From Zancudomyces culisetae HAW-14-8 (Eukaryota; Fungi; Kickxellomycota), in the NCBI GenBank assembly GCA_052426225.1, contig JBNJNM010000014.1, positions 62,001 to 126,000 on the forward strand: a stretch of 64,000 nt of DNA, given 5' to 3'. A model generated the notes under the pieces. That model worked only from the letters and a program-made list of their open reading frames with translations. It was not told the DNA's origin and did not search any database. Of the stretch, positions 57,177 through 64,000 are shown in pieces. Made by a program: the position numbers and the translations under genes. Every line of letters begins with the position of its first letter. Positions within the stretch are counted from its first letter, which is position 1.

Positions 57177-59072
57177 CTAGCCGTATCACTATTCCAAATA
57201 AACTTAAACATTTCAAAGTTAAACTTTGTTTACAATTATTCTTTATCTATCTTATTTCTTTTCTTATTAATGCTATTTAAAGAGCTAAAGAATCCTTTTA
57301 TGAGTCTGCCTTAATTTTTAATAATTCTATTTAAACAATCTAACAATAGCTATATTTAATCAATGCATGTGGTGTTATAGTTTTACTATATTCTTAACTT
57401 GCGACTCTGAAATTTCATTCCTTCTTTCATAGTTCATTTCCTTTAGTCTGCTACAATTCAGTTTTTATATTAAACAATTAATATACTAATTAATAAATCT
57501 TATCTTTTTTATTTTATTACTCATTATTCTAGTTTTATGATATAATTTTTGATAAAACTTTAAAATTGAATCTGTTATTAACGTTGTGTTCAAATTGAGC
57601 TCTAGATTGATATTATAGTAATAAATTATTAATTAATTACTTTATGTTCCGCACAACAACCAGGTACACACGACAAAATAAATCAAAACAAACCATTGTT
57701 TTAGTGTGAGTACTCAGTTAAGCAGTTATGTGTAGATATATGCAAAATAAGTAAAAAACTTGAAAAAAAGCTCTTTATAAAACCGAAAGTGTCTATTTAA
57801 TTACGATTAAACTGCTATAGCATTAAAAAAATAGCTGAGAAATATAGTTGATAGTTCTTTAAAAAGAATCAAAAAAATTATACCAAGAGGTAACATATCG
57901 ATTTGGGTTACTGATGCCGAGTATCAAATAGCAAAAAACAATAAAAGTCCATCCGAAAGTAATGTAAATAAGTTATCTATAGTGTGAGTTATAGTTCCAA
58001 AAGCTCTATATAAGAGAATTTAATGAGATGAAAAAAAACATACTCAAGAAAAATACACATTTATAAAAACCCACACCATATTCCCATTTTAGTAATAGTT
58101 CAGAAAAACAATAATAAAGATAAACGAATTTAACAGATATTTATCCTTTGCATTCATAAACTCTTTATTATCGGCTAAAGATAAAGGAAAAAATGAAATT
58201 CGCAAGTTGAAAAGCCCCACAAAAGAGAAGCAGCAAGGCTATTCCGCAGAAAAGCCGCAAATCAAACTAAAACAATCCCAGGCTTTACAGCTGATGACAC
58301 GGATGTTTCTGGTACTATAATCTCAAATTTTAAAGTATCTGTCATCAAAATAGACTTAAGCACATTTACAATAACCGGGCCAACTACAATTCTTGAATTG
58401 AAAATCCCAGATGTTGTGAAAATAGATGGATTCACATCTACTACCTCCTCAGATCAACAGAATGATCCCCTGCCTTGAATTTGAGTTAACTTTAGACTGC
58501 ATTAAACTGTCTTGGAGTGCCAGTGGTCGTCAATGGTGATTGATGGTTTAAACCTAGTAAACAATTCAACAAAACAAATAGTACAAAATATATTTAATCC
58601 TTACACAAAACGACGCTAGTAAACGGTGTACTTTGAAAAAAGTCCTAACGTCGAGAGATCAAAAACACAAGGGTGTTAGCAACATTTGCTCGTAAAACGG
58701 ATCCAATTCAAAACAAAAATCAGAAATAAAATAAAATATTCTTATTTACAAAATACAGATTGTGAGTGTTTCATGATGGGTTAGAACAGCATTGTGTATT
58801 GTTAAAACATTCAGAGAGTTTCGAGTTTGAAATAGCTGAAGTACATGATATGACACATAGCTTTAGTGTATGGTGGTTTTGGAGAATATACGTACTCCCA
58901 ATCGATGAATGAGAAAATGTAGCAGATGGGGTATTGAGAAACCAGAAAAATCAGGAGTACGAAAGCTGATTATCGGAATCAATTATTTTTTGATTGTTTG
59001 CGCAAAATGAAACGTGTACAAATAACACCATTTTATATGTTGGTACAGCACCAAGAATAATCTATGTATGGC

Positions 59073-59831
59073 TTAGTCATTCGAACGCATCAATGGATTT
59101 GGGTAATTTGGTCTGCCCATTGCAAAATGATAGTCGCCACCTACTCTTCGATCATCTCTGTATTCATCTCTTCTATTGTCTCTGTATTCATCTCTTCTAT
59201 TGTCTCTGTATTCATCTCTTCTATTATCCCTATAACTGCTCCTTCGATCATCCCTGTAATTACCTCTTCCATGATCTCTGTAACCATCTTCTCCATCATC
59301 CCTGTAATCACCTCTTCCATAGTCTCTGTAGCTATCTCTTCCATGATCTCTGTAATCATCTCTTTCATTATCTCTGTAATAATCTCTTCCATTATCTCTG
59401 TAACCGTCTCCTCTATAATACCTTTCAATATCTCTGTAATTGTCTCTGTAACTATCTCTATCACTATCTCTTTCATGATCTCTGTGACCATATCTGTATC
59501 CATCTACACCTACACCACCAATTGCTGTGGCAGCAAATTTTATGTGGGCTAGTGGTGATCTCACTGGTGTATACATGTCATATTCCGCTCTGTCCCAGTT
59601 TCCATAGTTTGTATTTTCGGCATATGATGGCCGCATCTGAAAGCCGTAATCATAGTTTCTGTAATCAAAATCACTGTAGTCGTTATATCTGGAATATCCA
59701 CGTTTTTTGAGTGGCATACCAGAGTTATGAGCCTCGCTCACTATACCAATTGGTTGCATACTGTTTGCACAAGCAGTGTAAAGCAGTGTGGTCATTACCA
59801 GCCTTCCGATTGTCAACTTAAGCGCTGTCAT
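59073..59831 (-). CDS. Arm B copy of the Tyr/Arg/Asp-rich secreted repeat protein, 252 aa
   Basis: Same length as 17215..17973 with a few substitutions. Confidence 0.8.
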   Translation of the reverse strand: MTALKLTIGRLVMTTLLYTACANSMQPIGIVSEAHNSGMPLKKRGYSRYNDYSDFDYRNYDYGFQMRPSYAENTNYGNWDRAEYDMYTPVRSPLAHIKFAATAIGGVGVDGYRYGHRDHERDSDRDSYRDNYRDIERYYRGDGYRDNGRDYYRDNERDDYRDHGRDSYRDYGRGDYRDDGEDGYRDHGRGNYRDDRRSSYRDNRRDEYRDNRRDEYRDNRRDEYRDDRRVGGDYHFAMGRPNYPNPLMRSND

Positions 59832-61666
59832 TTTCTTTAGTTTTTTGTATTATACTCGTTAAATTTGTTTGTACAAAGGTTAAGAATACAATAATAGACT
59901 GTGTTACACTCTTTTTAGCTTTATAAAGCAGGTGTAGGTGTTTTTACTATCAACGAGGAGCTGGAGATGCGGGTATTTATACTTTTTTTTAAATATCGCA
60001 TTCAGGTACTACATCCTTTATGATTAACCGTTTTAAAACTAGTAAGATGCAGTGTCTATAACTCTATTTAGTTTCCTCATGATCAGAATAAAATTTACGT
60101 ATTACTCACAATAGTATTACTTGTATATACGTAGACGTTTATTTCTCTAGATTATTATGCTGTATTATGTTAACAGCTTAGTGGGATTAAGTTTCCACCT
60201 TGAGATCTAGTAAAAAACCGTCTATTTGTTTTTTAATGTCTTAATCACACATAATATATTCTATCTGATTCAAAAATGCACAAAAGCAACAGCTGAGTTG
60301 ACAATCACTGATTTGTACAACTAAGCCTATAACTTGATGATAAGTGAACTGAGATTTAAGGAGTATAATTTTTTATTTTTTGTCCATAAGGGGTTCCATA
60401 CGAGTGTGTTTATAATTAACTTTAATGTCATTTGATTCAATCTTTTATTTATGTGTTACTTATATTTTACTTATATTTTACTTTTTTCAAACTAGAGAAA
60501 AATTACACAAGATACACTTGTATTTTGATTATCGTAGTTATGCACATTTATTCAAAATACGGACCAAGTTGCATAATCAACATAGTGCAGGTCCAGATTT
60601 AACAATAATTGATGATTGTCGATTGCTTCACATTAAATCTCCCCCGAACTAACAAAAATGAAGTCATACATATTCCATAAAAATTGCTATTATTTTGGTC
60701 TGGTGAATCTCACAAAATGTATTTAAACTAATTTTGAATTGAATAACAATAGAAATCACGAGTTTACGTGTTCCCAAAATAGTACTATTATGCGGTATTT
60801 GTTAACAGCCGCAAAGCCTTAGATATCGAAGAAAATGTTTAGGGAAGGTTGTATATCATTTATCGTTTTTCCCCACCGCTGTTTTTGTTTGTTATTGTGG
60901 ATAAGACTGAATTTTCCTGTTACAGTCATTTGGATTCGTTGTAGACAAGGCTCATAATTCTCATCCCATATAAAATAATATTATTTTAAAGTTAGACAAA
61001 ATTAATTGTCTAAAAGTTCACTAAGAAATAGCAAATATTTTAAAACTGGGAACAGAAACCGTATCATTGTCAATAAAAGCAGTAGCATAAAAAAGGAGTA
61101 TAATGCTTCTGGTGACAAATGTGAGTATGAGTCAAAGTTGTGTGAGTATCTGTACTATTATCACTGATAAAACTATCATTCTTTTTGCTATAACTCATTT
61201 CCAAACTCTTCAAATTTTTAACGACTCTGTCACTACCTCGCATTCAAATGAGAATACAAAATTGAATTTACAGTAACGATCCTAAAAGCTCTGCGCTTGA
61301 TTATTCCCCACTGGGTATGATGTAATTTAGCCTAGGGTTTACTGTAACTCTGTCTTATATTTAGAAAATGATTAAATCCATTGATTCAACATTTAATACC
61401 TTGCATGGATCATCATTCATAACTCTCGTTGCAAGATATGAAGATGGGTCCGCTCATAGTATTATAAATTATAAGAGTAAGTATAAAGGTTAATTTGGTT
61501 TTTGTATCTAAAAACAAAATCATGATAGTGGTTCCTATTCTTGTAGTATCACATGTTTGTTAAATTCAGGTTTACCACCTTCTACAGTTTAAGTTACGTA
61601 CTTGTTTAGGGGAGTCATTCAATAAAAGAATAATTATTAGCCAACATTTGAAATAAAACTTGTTGA

Positions 61667-61915
61667 TTAGATGACAAATATACTGTTTTTTAATTTAGCC
61701 AAGCGTCGAATGAGGTTGGGTGACATCTCGTTCTTTTTCGGGTTCTTCATTTGTAAAAACTTATGTTCCATGATATCCGCTAAGGAGTCGCGTAATTCTT
61801 CAGGATCGACTTCTATAGAAGTTGCTCCCAAATGATTACTATCAGATGAGTATCGGCCCTGATTTTTAGCGGTCTGAATCAATGCTGTTTTGAGTTTATT
61901 CATGAAGCCTGACAT
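61667..61915 (-). CDS. Arm B copy of the 82-aa orphan
   Basis: Three amino-acid differences from 15126..15374; ORF intact. Confidence 0.6.
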   Translation of the reverse strand: MSGFMNKLKTALIQTAKNQGRYSSDSNHLGATSIEVDPEELRDSLADIMEHKFLQMKNPKKNEMSPNLIRRLAKLKNSIFVI

Positions 61916-63808
61916 GTTGAGTTTGAGATTTTAATAGTCTTTGTATTTATTTAAACACTAAATATTCTTTAACTAGTCGTAGCACTATTCCAAATAAACT
62001 TGTTATGTATCATAAACCTGGATTTTATTTCCTAATTACTATTTAATTAACTTTTTGTTCTTTTCTTGTTAAAACTATTAAAAGAGCTAAGGAATCTTCA
62101 TTGAGTCTTCATTTGTTTATACATAACTATTTCAATAAAACTAATAATAGCTATATTTAATTGACCTATGTTCCATTCTTGTTTTACTGTGTTCTTGCCT
62201 GTGGTTTTGTTTTTACATCCTTATTTTTATTTCTTATTGTTTTATGTTCAAAGACTGATTTACTTGAAAATAATCTTTTTTAATAGTATTTTATTCTATG
62301 ATTTTTCTGTTATTAAAGTAATTTCTGGATTGACTTTGTTATATTTTTAGTAGATTTTTTATGTAGTAAATAATATATTTATTTATAATTGTTGAATCCC
62401 GATCTACAATGGGATACACACGACACTAGACTTGAAATGCTTTAAATGGTTTTTTCTGTATTTGATCCAAGTAAAAGCAGCTTTAAGTTATAGATTATTA
62501 TATTCTGGATACAACATGAAAAGAATATTAAGTACTTTGAACAGTTGCGTAATTTTCATTTGTGCCTATAATTTTAATTGCACTAATTCGGCTAACATGA
62601 TTTACGTACATGAACTATTTCCAAAATAGCAAAATTTCAAAAAATACTGACATAAAAATATACTAGTAGCGGTATGCTGGCTGAATCAAAAAACAAATTG
62701 CCGATTATTTTGTGCAAAAACAAAGAATTGTACTATCAAAAGTACAATATACTAAACCAGTGTAGATGTGTCGATTATTTTAATTTTTTGACACATAGAA
62801 TGATAGTCAAAACTCCGATATTGCTGTTCTCCAAATATCAACCGCAATTGAGATGAAATAGTAAGATAAGATCTAGTTCAACAATCTAAAATTGTACCAT
62901 GTTTGTAGCTTGGTATAGTAAATGCTGTTTAGGGCATTTAAAATGATAGAACTTGGGCCGAATATGAATTATTTGGTTTTTCTAAATTTCCATGTTATGA
63001 TCTAAAATCTCACTCTGTGCTAGCTACTTTAATTCAGTAGTTTTTTACTCCTTTAATCATCTTGTTTGTATTCTAAAAAATTTGGATTAGTGCACATATT
63101 ACTAAATCCGTACATTATATCCGCTGTTTAGTAAAAGTAGGTTTGTACAACTCACTTCACTCAGATTTCATCTGCATTAGAGCTAACTTTGAATATTACC
63201 CTTAGATATTTATAATTACAAGGTACAAATATATCCTAAAATCAAATAAATGGTGTTCAAATCAACGATATTATGCAATGAAAACCGGCTCTGTCACAAA
63301 CTTTTCTACTATAGAACTTATTGAATCAATCAAACATTACTTAGGTACCATTTAAATGAGACTAAAATAAGTTGACATTTGCAAACAAAGTGGATGTTTT
63401 TTCACATTAGATACAATAAAATCTGAGCTAATATTTTTTAAATTAGTCTTATACTGAATAACACCAATGTATATAAAAATGCATACAAAGGTGCTAAGTA
63501 TAAAGTTACTCGATGTACTATTGCAGACTATTATTTATAAAAATCGTTGCAAGCTCATATTTACACGTTTTTATAATTTATATTATTTATTTTCTCGTTT
63601 GAAAACTCTAACAATAAAATAAATTGAATCTTAATCCAACAACAATATCACTAGCTAATATAAATATTTGAAAACGTTAGCAACAAAATATCAAATATCC
63701 ATATAAAACCGTTTATAGATCCGATGTTGTGTAAAAATCATCAAAACTAGCGGTTTGGGACAAGTGAGTATCAAACCGATTATCTTAAGAAAACGTGATA
63801 TTTTCTCA

Positions 63809-64000
63809 CTACAAAGACCAGTATACTGAGTTTGCCCGACCTCCAAGGTCATACTGCATATTTCCAGGGTATAACCAGTTTTGTCTTGAACTGCTTACAC
63901 AATTCCCCCCGCAGTTATTTCCAGTGCAAAATGTGATTACACCAGCACCTTGACTGCCGCCATCAAGAACGCTTGAATCAATATTTGGCAAATTGTAACA
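63809..64000 (-). CDS. 3' part of arm B copy of the 151-aa secreted Cys protein (5' end outside window)
   Basis: Encodes CYNLPNIDSSVLDGG...GGRANSVYWSL, one I>V change versus 12778..13233. Confidence 0.85.
   Translation of the reverse strand, partial: CYNLPNIDSSVLDGGSQGAGVITFCTGNNCGGNCVSSSRQNWLYPGNMQYDLGGRANSVYWSL

Larger units (their letters stand above)
46404..64000 (-). repeat. Arm B of a large inverted duplication (continues beyond the window end)
   Basis: Starts ATCTAACCAAC at 46404. The last window bases are the reverse complement of 13042 onward (TGTTACAATTTGCC). Confidence 0.97.

Noticed and set aside
13042-64000. Arms as terminal inverted repeats of a giant transposon, Starship, Polinton or linear plasmid
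   Set aside because: No transposase, tyrosine recombinase, integrase or polymerase in view; the spacer holds ordinary spliced nuclear genes; outer ends not visible.

Overview
AT-rich eukaryotic DNA with GT-AG introns. It is fungal on gene content (MGM101, heme-less Cys4-type CBS, DID2, Fic1/Inn1-like C2 protein). An early-diverging lineage such as the Kickxellomycotina/Harpellales is a guess from protein style only. The dominant structure is a very large, slightly diverged inverted duplication: arm A <=13042..30627 and arm B 46404..>=64000 (at least 17.6 kb each, running off the window). The arms enclose a ~15.8 kb single-copy spacer with MGM101, a PX-domain SGK-type AGC kinase, CYS4, a membrane RING protein and a catalytically dead, probably GPI-anchored trypsin homologue. 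The arms contain almost only intronless, TATA-driven, lineage-specific secreted-protein genes and decayed relics. These are: two paralogous prepro-proteins sharing a 4-Cys domain with beta/gamma-crystallin (killer-toxin-like) sequence features, one strongly cationic behind an acidic repeat propeptide; a Tyr/Arg/Asp repeat protein; a two-domain mucin-like protein; an 82-aa orphan whose paralogue has been flipped by a ~270-bp micro-inversion; a RAD7 pseudogene; and secreted-protein pseudogenes. Left of arm A lie a C2 protein gene, DID2, a CYS4 pseudogene and a large F-box-like/ankyrin gene. All family calls come from motif recognition by eye; no searches were run.
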